Positions 43,290 through 56,282 of a DNA stretch of 64,000 nt are shown piece by piece (position 1 is the stretch's first letter; every line of letters starts with the position of its first letter). The notes below the pieces were generated by a model. That model had not been told where the DNA came from. It was given only the letters and a program-made list of their open reading frames with translations, and did no database searches. Source of the DNA: the human T2T-CHM13v2.0 reference genome, Homo sapiens. Position numbers and translations under genes: made by a program. Location: NCBI RefSeq assembly GCF_009914755.1, contig NC_060936.1. One strand, given 5' to 3'.

Positions 43290-43405
43290 AATACACTCTT
43301 CCCAATGACCTAAAGAGGGAGAATTTATCAATATTTCTTTTATGTATGAGGACATTGAGACTTAGGAAAATATGTAATTTGACCAAGATTGCACAGCTAC
43401 TAGAC
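43290..43405 (-). mobile_element. MIR relic
   Basis: atgaggacattgagacttagg...taatttgaccaagattgcacagcta. Confidence 0.6.
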
Positions 43406-44997
43406 GCCATTTGACTAACTTATTGACTCCATATAATGTTCCAGGCACATTACTGTAAAAATTACAAACTTACAGCACATCCGAAAGTATCATATAATCT
43501 ACACTTTTTATTAACGAGTAGGTCCTCGAATGTCCAACTGGCATAGAAAAGTGCTTAATAACCACATCATTACCTTAACAGGATCAATAATCAAATTAAT
43601 TTGACCACTAGAGTTACTTGTGAAAAGGAAGAAGGAGCAGGAATTTTCCTCCTAACATAGTTCCCAATTAACCCTGCAACAAACAATATTTCTAGAACCA
43701 GATAAACAGGGCCCTATAATTTTTGGAAAGGTGGACCAAGGTGGAAGATAAAAATTGTGAAGACAAGCACATGATTTTGTTTCTAGCTTGCACTGTCCCT
43801 AAAAATGTAATAGAAAAGAAAATATTCGGTATGTCATTGGTGATAAATTGGCTACCATCCTTAGCTTCTGTGGATCTTTGAGGCTTTTGTATTGCTAGTA
43901 AAGTCTGAGCTCAGTAAGGTTATCTTCCCTCTCTGTGCTAGAGAAATTTTGTTTAATTGCGGAGCAGCAGTGGACAAAATTTCTTATGAAGGACACTCCA
44001 GTGTCTCAAGTAAGCTGCTCAAAGTTGCATCCAGAGTCATTAAACCCTTGACCTATACTGTCTGGGCATATGCCCAAATGAAACAAACAAAATAAAAAAA
44101 ACCTCAACCCCATTTACTACCTCTTGCCCTAAGCTCTTTGTCTTGGTGAATAATTTGTATATCACAGAATTATATCTCTTCTTGGCAAATGCTTGCTTAC
44201 TTACGTACTCAGGTGTCTTTTGAGATGAAGAATATCCTCCACAAAACTGAAGCTTAATATTCTTACTTCATCCCTTCAGGTGAGAACATGGGAAGCGTAT
44301 AGAATTTTCAATCTTATATACTTGTGTTTCTTCTACTGGTTCTTTTCATTTATTTATGTATAAGGGCAATTTCTGCAAGTCAGTGATTAAGCAAATAAAA
44401 TGGCAATGCCAAGAAGTAACTCCCTGTACAGATCTTAAGACAATTAAATAGAGGGATAGTGAGGAAGAGAGGAAAGGGTTCTCAGGCAGCACAGAGAGAA
44501 CTATTTTATAAGTGTACACATGTATGATCTAACTTTGTTACTGATTTTACATATAAAAATCCCTCAATTATAAATTTACATTATCTTTTTTGTATGTTCT
44601 CTTTAATTTTTATTTACATTTTTACTTAATGGGTGTTAAGCAAAAGCTCCTTCTCTCTTATTCTAATATTGCCACTTTACCTCCATCCCCCCAACACTAA
44701 CACAAGGAAACCAATTTATAACTGAGTATATAGATATATTTTTCCATTCATTTGTAATTATATTAAATGAATATATGTATATATGAGCATATGCACTTAT
44801 CTAAGGTGTTTTGGTCTTTGATATTGCTACTGACTGAATGTCGTCCCCTCCTACCAACCCCCAGCTCATATGCTGAAGCCCTAACTACCAAAGTGATGAT
44901 AGCTAGAGATGGAGCCTTTAGGAGATACTTAATGTTAAATGAGGTCATAAGGGTGGCACTCTAATTTGATAGGACTATCTCCTTATAAGAAGGGAAA

Positions 44998-45249
44998 GAA
45001 CTCCTGAGCCCAGGCAATCCACCCTCTTCGGCAGTGAAACCCTGTCTCTACTAAAAATACACAAAAAAATTAGCCGGGCACAGTGGCATGCACCTGTAAT
45101 CCCAGCTACTCGGGAGGCTGAGGCAGAGGAATTGCTTGACCTAACCAGGGAGGTGGAGGTTGCACTGAGGCAAGATCGTGCCACTGCACTCTAGCCTGGA
45201 TGACAGAGCAAGACTCCGTCTCAAAAAAAAAAAAAAAAAAAAAAAAAAA
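44998..45249 (+). mobile_element. 5'-truncated Alu with inverted 5' fragment
   Basis: 44998-45032 is an antisense left-arm piece and 45034-45249 is sense; TSD-like aagggaaagaa / aaggaaagaa. Confidence 0.85.
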
Positions 45250-45315
45250 CAAGGAAAGAAAGAGATCTTTTTCTCACTGTCTGCCATGTGAGGACACAAT
45301 GAGAAGGTAGCCGTC

Positions 45316-45699
45316 GGTATTAGTTCATTCTCCCGTTGCTATAAAGAACTACCCGAGACTGGGTAATTTATGAAGAAAAGAGGTTTAATTGGCTCACAAT
45401 TCCACAGGCTGTGCAGGAAGCAGGGCTAGGGAGGCCTCAGGAAACTTACAATCATGGCAGAAGGTGAAGAGGAAGGAGTCATGTCTTACACGGCTGCAGC
45501 AGGAGGAAGAGAGAGAATGTGGAGGTGCTACCCACTTTTAAACAACCGGATCTCATGAGAAGTCACTCACTATCACAAAAACAGCAAGAGGAAAATCCTC
45601 CTCCATGATCCAATCACCTCCCACTAGGACCCTCCTTCAACACTGGGGATTACAATTTGACATGAGATTTGGGCAGGAACACAAATCCAAACCATATTA
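45316..45699 (-). mobile_element. MSTA-like solo LTR
   Basis: gtattagttcattctc...gagactgggtaatttatgaagaaaagaggtttaattgg...catgagatttggg...aaaccatat. Confidence 0.9.
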
Positions 45700-46455
45700 T
45701 CTATTAGACAGGAGGAGAGCCTTCCCCAGAAACCAGCCATAATGGGAGCCTAATCACAGACTTCCCACCTCCACAACTGTGAGAAAATAAATTTCTATGG
45801 TTTAAGCCATCTAGTCTGTGGTATTTTGTTATGGCAGCCTGAGTAGCCTAATACACACAATAAATACCCTTCTTACATCTCATTCTTCCCTTTCAACAAA
45901 AGTTCTTGAAAATCCATTCAAGTCAAATGGTGTGATCCTAACTTACTCTTTTTAATGACTACAAAATATTCTAAAGTGTGGATTTACCATAATTTATTCA
46001 GTCTATCCCTATTCACAGTCATTCCATTTGTTTCCAGTTTTTTTAAATTCTAACAACTATGAATAATGCTGGAATAATTATCCTTGTACATATTTCCATA
46101 TACACTGGTGCTTTTCATTCCTTAAGATAGATGCCCAAGAGACGAATTACCAGGTCAAAGCATGTGACAGAGTAGGCTGGGTGGGATAACTCAGGCTCTG
46201 CCATCTTCAGGGGCTCCCTCACTCACCAGCCTAGGCAGCTGGAAGGAGAAAAGAGAACAGAGGAGCATATACCAAGTATGGGAGGTTTAGATGGGCTGGG
46301 CCTGGAAGAAGCACACACCAATCCTGCCACAACAATCCTGCTCACAGTCATTGGATATATCTGTAAAGTGAGACCAGAAATTGCAATCTAACCACATGCC
46401 CAGTAAGAAGAGGAAACATACATTTTTAGAGAGCAGCAGACATTCTTTATCAATA

Positions 46456-46500
46456 CGTGTATGTGTGTATATACGTGTGTGTGTGTGTGTGTGTGTGTGT
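46456..46500. repeat. (TG)n microsatellite, interrupted
   Basis: Direct reading. Confidence 0.9.
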
Positions 46501-47457
46501 TTATTTTACTAGATAATGCCCATTTGCTTTCTAAAAAGACTGCAATTCCTCATGTGTTTGTTGGATGAACATAGGTTTTTAACTTCAGGTACTGTGATAG
46601 TTTTACAGTGATATCTCATTTTTTAACTATAATTCACATTCGTCTTTCCAGCAAGTAAATTTGAACATCTTTTCAGATGTTTGCTGGCCAGTTGGGTTTG
46701 CTTCTCTATCAATTGTTACTTCATATTCTTTGCCCACTTTTTAAGTGAATAGTTTTTGCCTTCTTACCAGTTTGTAAAAGTTTTGTGACAGTTATTAATT
46801 TCTAAATTGCAAATATCTTTTTCAAATCTATAATTTTCTCTTTATTGTGTTTGCAGTACTTTTTCCTGTAAAAACAGTAGTTTTACATATTAAAATATCT
46901 ACCTTTTCTCTTACTGCTTTTGGTATATGCCATCTTGGTTAAAAAATTCTACACCCCTCACCCAAGAGATTGTGCACATAATCTCTCACATTTTTATATG
47001 TAACTTTATTATACTGATAAAGTTTAAATCTTTAATCTACCAGGATATTATTCATGTTAGAGGAAGTGATAAAACTGTGGGTATGAGTAGCAAAATTGAG
47101 TTAATCCAAACAAACAGGTTGGCAGAACATTGGCCCATACCGTGTAAGACAATCCAATTTTATTTTCTTCCAAATGTATAAGGGTCTAACATCTAGGTTT
47201 TTATTTTTTCAAAAATATTTAAACCAATATTAAGATTTTTCTTGTCATTTTTTCCCATTGCCCTTCTCTTGGAGTTTGACAAAACAAGTCAAGGAGATCA
47301 CTATAAAAGTCCTTTGAGAATTTCTGAGGAAGTGAACATCTCCTATCACATTGTAAAGAAGACATGCCGTATCCAGGCAAATCCAGGAACTGATCAAACT
47401 CTGTTTAATTCATCATTTGATGTCTCAGGGAAAAATAGAACTATAAAAAGTTAACTA

Positions 47458-47765
47458 CAGTCATGTGTCACTTATCGATGGGGACATGAACTGAGAAGTG
47501 CATCATCAGGTGTTTTGTCATTGTGGGAATATCCTAGAGTGGGCTTACACAAACCTAGGTGGTGTAAGATGGGCACAAACCTAGAGTCCATTGTTCCTGG
47601 GCTACAAACCTGTACAGTGTGTTACTGCACTGAATACTGTAGGCAACTGGGACACAATGGTGTGTATCTAAACATAGCTAAACATAGAAAAGGTACAGTA
47701 AAAATCTGGTATAAAATCTTCTGGGACCACTGTCATATATGCAGTCAGCCCTTGATCAAACCCAA
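47458..47765. mobile_element. Tigger3a (MER7/Golem) element, one end missing
   Basis: ta|cagtcatgtgtcactta...ggctacaaacctgtacag...aaacatagaaaaggtacagtaaaaat. Confidence 0.85.
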
Positions 47766-49163
47766 ACTCTGAATGATAAAAGTAATACTACACATCTACA
47801 CCATTAAAGAGACTACAAATGTGAATGTCTCACACATGAACATATTTTTTCCCCATCATTCTTTTCGCCTTTATGTTCAGGAAGTAATTGTGACCCACTC
47901 ATTCTTTTCTTTCATTGTCAAAGAAAAATGTCAAGGTGAGAAACCACTTCCAGTCACATGACTCCGGAGCTACAGTCTATTTTCACTTTCCTCTTTTAAA
48001 AGCCCTTTGCTTGGGCTTAGTAGGGCAAATTGAATGTCTAAGATCTAAAATGTCATAAAGAAATGCTCTTGTTAAAAAAAAATCACATTTCCATGAACAG
48101 AAATATTCAGAACACAAGGAGAGGATAGCACATTTTAAAATACCAGAGTAAACCATGGTATTCTTTCCCCAATCAGCTGTACACAGCTTCTGTTAGATTG
48201 TATGCTAACGGAGCCCTCACACACAGAATGTCACTGACATGAAGAAATTCTAAGAAAAATTTTTAAATGAAGTTTGATTTTCCTGGCAGACATTGCTAAA
48301 GCTATTTAGATGTTCTGAGCACAGCCCTGAATTTCAGCACTTCTCTAGTTTCAATCACTTCCACAGGCATATCTTTATTTAATCATTCCAGTTTGAAAGG
48401 CATATTTGTTGTCCATTTTAAGCACATTTCTTTCATTATCACTTTGTCACCCGAAAATAGTATTTTCTTGAGGGCTCATTTTTATTTAGCAAAAATGACC
48501 ATAATGCCCTTTAAAAGTTGTGAAACCTTCTTTTGAATATTTTCAAATACCTAGAGCTGCACACTCAAAGATTTTCCGAATAATTTAACTCATATTCATG
48601 TATCAGGCTAAAATATGTCTGGAGAAGAAATAAAATAGTGTGTGTGGTTGAGTGGTGATTTATTCGTTGTAAAATTTGAGACCACTCAAACAAACAATTT
48701 GTCAGGAACCTTTTCTGGAATTACTCTGTCCATCTTCTCAAAAGCATTTTCTAGTCTATGGTAAGTGACTGCCTCATGAAGAGAACCTTTGTGAAATACC
48801 TGGTTTCTCATTCCTCTTTTTGTAGTGCTGCATGTTTAGCAAGTGGCTTGACTCAGTAGCTTCTCTGATAGCTATCAAACATTATTGCATCCAGATGTCA
48901 TGAGAAATGTAATCACTTGATTATCTCCAACAGTGGCACTTATCCACTTGGGTTCTAGAAAATTCTGAGAAGCTGAGAAAAAGTAAGTTCTTTCTCTCAT
49001 GAAGAATGACTATAAGAACAAACATTGGCAGGTTGGTGAGGTGTTTCTTCGACTTCATGAAGTCCGTTAATTTAGACACTCTAAATATTAATTTCCTCTT
49101 TAAGGTAATCTATTCCTGTATAACAATATTGTCACAAGCTTAGTACTTAAAACTACACATATT

Positions 49164-49484
<321 letters not shown>

Positions 49485-49743
49485 TTATTCTCACAGTTTC
49501 TACATGTAGGTATTCAGGTTGAGCTTAGTAAGGTTCTCTATTTCAGAGTCTCACAAAGTTGCAGCCAAGAAAGGTGTTGGCTGGGCATGTGGTCTCATCT
49601 GAAGCTTGACTAGGGAAGAATCCACTTCCAAATTGTGTGGTGTTGGCAGAGTTCAGTTCCTTGCAGGGCCTTGAAGTCCTCAGTGTCTTACCAGCTGTTG
49701 GTCAGAGGCTGCCCATCATGCCTTGCCATTTGGCCTTCTACAT

Positions 49744-50270
49744 TAGGGGTCCCCAACCCTCGGGCCACAGACTGGTACTGGTCCATGGCCTGTTAGGAAC
49801 CAGGCTTCACAGCAGGAGATGAGTGGCACTGTAGCAAGCAAAGCTTCATCTGTATTTATAGCAGTTCCCCATCACTCACATTACTACCTGAGCTCCGCCT
49901 CCTGTCACATCAATTGTGGCATTAGATTCACATAGAAGTGCAAACCCTGTTGTGAACTGCACATGCAAGAGATCTAGGTTGTGTATTCCTTATGAGAATC
50001 TAATGCCTGATGATCTGTCACTGTCTCCCATCACCCCCAGATGGGACTGTCTAATTGCAGGAAAACAAGCTCAGGGCTCCCACTGAATCTACATATGGTG
50101 AGTTGTACAATTATTTCATTATACATTACAATGTAATAATAATGTAAATAAAGTGCACAATAAATGTAATATACTTGAATCATCCTGAAACCATCTCTGC
50201 ATCCCTGGTCCATGGATAAATTGTCTTCCATGAAACCTATCCCTAGTGCCAAAAAGATTGGGGACCACTG
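49744..50270 (+). mobile_element. MER1A hAT-Charlie element, full length
   Basis: TIRs taggggtccccaacc / gattggggaccactg; 8-bp TSD ttctacat / ctttacat. Confidence 0.92.
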
Positions 50271-50659
50271 CTTTACATGGTCAACTCAAGACATTACAGC
50301 TGCCTTCAGTACAGCCAGCAAGGGAGACAGAGTCTTCTAGCAAGACCAGTTTACAATCTTAAGTAACATAATAACATGCTCATTAAACATACTTGCTGTC
50401 ACCTTTGCAGTATTTTACTGATTAGAAGCAAGTCACAGATTCCTCCTACACTCCAGAGGAGGAGAATCACACATGGGCATGAACACCAGGAGGTGGAATC
50501 AGGAGAGCTGCGCTAGAATGTGTCTGTCACACTCATCTTAAAAAAAAATTGGCCATAAAAACGCCTGCATTATTTTCCTTACGAAGTTGTAAAAAAGATA
50601 AAAAAGAGATTGTGTATAAGAGATTCTGAAGGGGCCATTTGTTTTCATGGGAAGGACCC

Positions 50660-51023
50660 TGATATGGTTTGGCTGTGTCCCCACCCAAATCTCATCTTGA
50701 ATTACAGCTCCCATAATTCCCACACGTCGTGGGAGAGACCTGGTGGGAGGTAATTGAATCATGGGGGTGGGTCTTTCCCATGTTGTCTTCCTGACAGTGA
50801 ATAAGCCCCACGAGGTCTGATGGTTTTGTAAAGGGAAGTTCCCCTGCACATGCTCTCTTGCCTGCTGCCATGTAAAATGTGCCTTTGCTTCTCCTTTGCC
50901 TTACACCATGATTGTGGGACCTCCCCAGCCATGTGGAACTGTGAATCCATTAAACCACTTTCCTTTATAAATTACCCAGTCTCAGGTATGTCTTTATTAG
51001 CAGCATGAAAATAGACTAATACA
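50660..51023 (+). mobile_element. THE1B-like solo LTR
   Basis: tgatatggtttggctgtgtccccacccaaatctcatcttgaat ... agcagcatgaaaatagactaataca. Confidence 0.93.
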
Positions 51024-51190
51024 TAGCCCATACTTTGCCTGTCTGCAGGTTGTGTCAGCTGAGAAGGGGCTGGGGGAGTTTATACTGATTGAAAATTTTG
51101 CTGCCACAGGTACAAACAGGAGAAGCCCCTGTCTATGGGGAAAGCCAATGGTGGGAGGCATCAAAAAAGAGATCAGAGAGAGTGCTCTTC

Positions 51191-51497
51191 TTTTTTTTTT
51201 TTTTTGAGACAGGGTCTCACTCCTGTCACCCAGGCTGGAGTGCAGTGGCATTATCTTGGCTCACTATAGCCTCGACCTCATGGGCTCAGATTATCCTCCC
51301 ACCTCACCCTCCAGTAGCTGGGACCACCAGTGTATACCACCATGATTGGCCTTTTTTTTTTTTTTTTTGGTATTTTTAGTAGAGATGTGGTTTCTCCATG
51401 TTGTCCAGGCTTGTCTAGAACTCCTGAGCTTAAGTGATCTGCCCACTTCAGCCTCCCAAAGTGCTGGAATTACAGGTGTGAGCCAATGTGCCTGGCC
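51191..51497 (-). mobile_element. AluJ
   Basis: gacagggtctcact and ctcctgagcttaagtgatc; TSD core tgctcttct. Confidence 0.9.
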
Positions 51498-51824
51498 TGA
51501 TACTGCTCTTCTGATATGTAAGAATGGAGCCATAAAATCTGGAAGCACAACTGTAAATAAAGTCTGCTGGACAAAAAGCAAGTTCATCTGAAGACTTTTG
51601 ATTACTTTTGCCTAATGCTAAACCTAGTCTTTAAACCTCTTAATGTTTTGAATTTGAATTGTGGCTTCTTCAAATTTGTTTTAAAATATATTTGGTTTTA
51701 TTTCTCAATCTCATTGTCTCTTTAATTGCTAATAATATTTTATATTATTCATGGTATTTTGTTGTTTTATTCTTTTAGATCTCTGCTTTTAAATATTTTA
51801 AAATATATCCTCTTTCATGAATCC

Positions 51825-52070
51825 TTTCTTCATCCCAGATAGTTGAAATGACCATTGCCTCCTTGGGGCCCCCTTCATAATCTGAACATACTTCTATTGT
51901 GGTCCTAATAATCATATTCCATATTTACATTGCCATGTTTGTCATCTCCTTTTTGGACAGCATATTCTTTAAGGTCAGAAATGACCATTTCTTTTTATAT
52001 TTACAGTGTCTGAAACTTAGAAGGGTTTATAAATGTTTATAGCATGAATACATTAATGGATAAATGAGTT
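51825..52070 (+). mobile_element. L2 3' end
   Basis: cagtgtctgaaacttagaagggtttataaatgtttatagcatgaat. Confidence 0.5.
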
Positions 52071-52080
52071 CTGCCTTTAA

Positions 52081-52432
<352 letters not shown>

Positions 52433-52474
52433 TTTTATGCCTCTTTTTTTTAAAAAACACGTGTCTCATAATAA

Positions 52475-52710
52475 TTACCCTTTAAAGTTTGCGTGCTAGA
52501 TGCCATAACTGTTCTAAGCCCTTTTTATATAGACTCATTTAATACTTACAGCAAGCTGTGGAGTAGGTATTGGTCATGAGCCTCATTTCCAGATGAGGAA
52601 GCTGAGACACAGAGATTAAGTAATTTGACTAAATGGCACTGCATGCCTGTGGCAGGAATAATACTCAAACCAAGACAGCCCGATTCCAGAGCATATTCTT
52701 AACCTTTATG
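52475..52710 (-). mobile_element. MIR (MIRb-like)
   Basis: cagatgaggaagctgagacacagagattaagtaatttg. Confidence 0.75.
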
Positions 52711-52711
52711 A

Positions 52712-53150
<439 letters not shown>

Positions 53151-53367
53151 TAACTTTATTTCCTTTGTCTTTCATAGTTTATTTTCACCAATGTTTTATC
53201 ATTAATATTTGCAACATATAATAATGCTGAAAGAACATTACATGAAAATCTCTATCCCTACCATCTAGGTTCTACCTTTAATACTTTACTATACTGGATT
53301 TTTCACATATCTATGCATCTATACATCCCTCAATCCATTTTATTTTATTTCTTTTTGTATTTCAGAG

Positions 53368-53846
53368 TGTAGACACAGCAGACCAGTCTGGCTCAACTTT
53401 TACATAACAAAGTTGTGAGTCAATTGCCCTAGACCAGCAGGCTGAAGGTCATGTAAACAGAGCATGCCCAGATGAACCAAGTTCACAACCACAGGTGGAA
53501 TCTAAGTGTCAGACCAAGGACTGGGGACTGAATTAAGAAGTGGACCTCACATGACAGGATCCATGATCCAATCAGATTGAACTGTGGCATTACCCTATGG
53601 CAGGATCCAGTCAGATTATGCCTCCTGGCATCACCTCATTGTAAGATCCAATCACATCACGCCTCATTACCCTCCTCTGCCTATAAAACCTGACCTAGCT
53701 CCCAGCCTGGGGAGACAGATTTGATTGTTTCCTCCTGACTCCTTGCCAGTGGACTTACAATAAATCTTTTCTTTTCTCAAAAGTCAGAGCCTTGGTATTG
53801 GCTTTCAGGTACATTGGAGAGCAAGCCTATTTATTGCTCAGTAACA
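53368..53846 (+). mobile_element. ERV solo LTR (LTR47-like)
   Basis: TG...CA termini; repeated gatcca(a/g)tca motifs, tataaaa at about 53682, aataaa at about 53759. Confidence 0.7.
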
Positions 53847-55982
53847 AAAGTAAGCTATTGTCTCATATAGTTTTGATTATAGGGTTTTGTTTGTTTTTTG
53901 TTGTTTTGTTGTTGTCAAAGTCATTACATCCAAAGTTTCATTCCTTTTTAAGATTTTTCTTCTGCTATACTTTCTGTTATCTTAGGACATGGAAGACAGT
54001 AATGCCAATAAATTGTCAGCACTGTTACTATGAAACATTTGGACTTTTAAAATACTGCTATTTTCTCACATGGTAGCCCATTAACTGCTCCTAAAAAAGT
54101 TTATATGTTTAAATTTTGATCTGCACCTTCGTTAGACATGTAAATATATCAAACTACATAAACAGCTCACAGCAAAAGAAATGAAAAAAGGAAATAGTTG
54201 GGAGGTTCCTTGCAGGAAAGTGTTCTCAATTGAACTTCACAAATTTCATTTTCATAAAGATGTCTATGGTCTTGAGCATTCCCTAAAAGTCAACTGAGGT
54301 GCAGTAACAGGGCCAGCTGAGGCTGTGTAACCCTTCTCCACCAGCTGCCTCTGACCTGTTTATTACCAAGATGATGCTCATCCTTCTAGCTATAACTTAA
54401 GAAGACTCTTCATAATACAAGGTTGAAAATTCCTTTAACTTATGATGGGAATCAAGTGAAGGTTGGGGGACAAAAGCTGGAATTATTCCCAGCAGGGTCT
54501 TTAGAGTGAAGGAGGTTGCGCTTTCTTTTCTGCTGAGAATTATAAGGATCTTGCAAAAAGATATTTTAAATTGAACAAACCAATAAACAGCAGCTCCAAT
54601 CATGCTTTCCTCCAGAAAGTGCAAACCTTAACCAAGTAGGTGTGTTACTTATTCAAAACTCATTGTTTATAAAGAATTGGTAGAGTTTAAACTTGTTGGG
54701 TGTCTTGGGTTAAAGTTCTAAATGTCATTCAATGTTTTAATGTATTTTTAATTAAAATAATGATAATAATTCTGAATTTCTCAGAATATGGAGTAAAACA
54801 TTAACAGTTCTAACAACGCTTAAGCATGTAAGAGATTACCTAAAGCTGTATTTAAAACAGCTAAGTAGTTTTTATAAAATTGATGAGTTACTACATATTA
54901 CTTATCTTTTTTCCTTTTTACAGAAAGGATTTGGGTTATATTTGTTATTTTCAAAAGGAACAGATTTATTATTTCCAAGCCAAATTATCAGTTATTTCAT
55001 GGGTAAGGTGATATTTATTAAATAATTTTAAAACCCCATGAGTAATATAAGAATTATATTAGTTATAGTAATATAAGAATTGTTCTCTCTAGTGCCTATG
55101 TTGATCAAGGCTCTTGGGCGATAAGTTACCATTGGAGATGAGAAAAGGGAGAATTTAATGCTGGCTAAGGTGGTCACCAGAGGGCTTCAAAAAGGTGATC
55201 CATAAAAATTTTTTGAAAGTGGTTATAAGTTTATAACTTACAGTTATAAGATTGTCCAGTTCAATGACATCATTTTATAGATGTAAAGACTGACAAACAT
55301 ACCCTGAGTCATATGTACAGCTGGTAATAAAACTGGGCATTCAACCCTAGTCTGTCTCTACTCTCTCCACTTTGTTTTGCTATTTCTGTCTTCGAGGATT
55401 TCCCAAGCAGAAATGGGGTCTTTGCTTGAGTCAGACTTATGAATTGGGTTGCAGAGGAGTCCTTTATCATAAATGGAAGTCACCCATTCTTTCAATGGAG
55501 ATTCTAAACTCTTTACTTTCAAAACAAGAAAAATCTTTTCTGAGGCAAACTGAGTGGAGGCTTAGGGTAGGAATTCAATTGCCTTAATGTGGGTATAGTA
55601 CAAAATCGATTACAAGCAACAGAGATGTAAATTTGTGCATTTTATGGAAAGAAATGTAGCCTGAAATTTTTTAAACATGTTGTTTCACTTACACCTTTAA
55701 GAAAAAAAAAACAAAGGCTTATATACATAAATGTTCACAATATTATTTATAAAGCAAAAACTGAAAATTATCTATGTGTCTAAATAGAATGTTAAGATTT
55801 TAAACTAAAAGGGAAATATTATATTTATTATATTCTCAATTTCATAAAATGTCATGTGTAGAAGTAAGTCTCCAGGGGTTAAAAACTCCACCATGACCAT
55901 TTCCTAATATTATTCCTATTTTATACTGACAACATTCTTAGCACATTACTTTTAAAAGCAGAAATAAATATATAGGTGTTTA

Positions 55983-56282
55983 TGTTGTTTTGGTTTGTTT
56001 TTTTTTTTTTTTGAGACAGAGTCTCGTTCTGTGACCCAGGCTGGAGTGCAGTGGCATGATCTCAGCTCACTGCAACCTCCGCCTCCTTAGTTTAAGCCAT
56101 TCTCTGCCTCAGCCTCCCAAGTAGCTGGGATTACAGGCGCATGCCACCATGCCTGGCTAATTTTTGTACTTTTAGTAGAGACAGGGTTTCACCATCTTGG
56201 CCATGAACTCCTGAACTCTTGATACATCCACCTCGGCCTCCCAAAGTGGTGGGATTACAAGCGTGAGCCACCGTGTCCGGCC
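55983..56282 (-). mobile_element. AluS
   Basis: Antisense dimer with small left-arm deletion; TSD core taggtgt. Confidence 0.92.

Larger units (their letters stand above)
44825..45855 (+). mobile_element. MLT1A-like solo LTR interrupted by an Alu and an MSTA
   Basis: tgctactgactgaatgt start; aactgtgagaaaataaatttct...ttgttatggcagcctgagtagcctaataca end. Confidence 0.85.
44570..47170 (-). mobile_element. Fragmented old L1ME host for nested LTR and Alu insertions
   Basis: taccataatttattcagtctatccctatt, ttgaacatcttttcagatgtttgctggcca, ttgcaaatatcttt. Confidence 0.6.
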
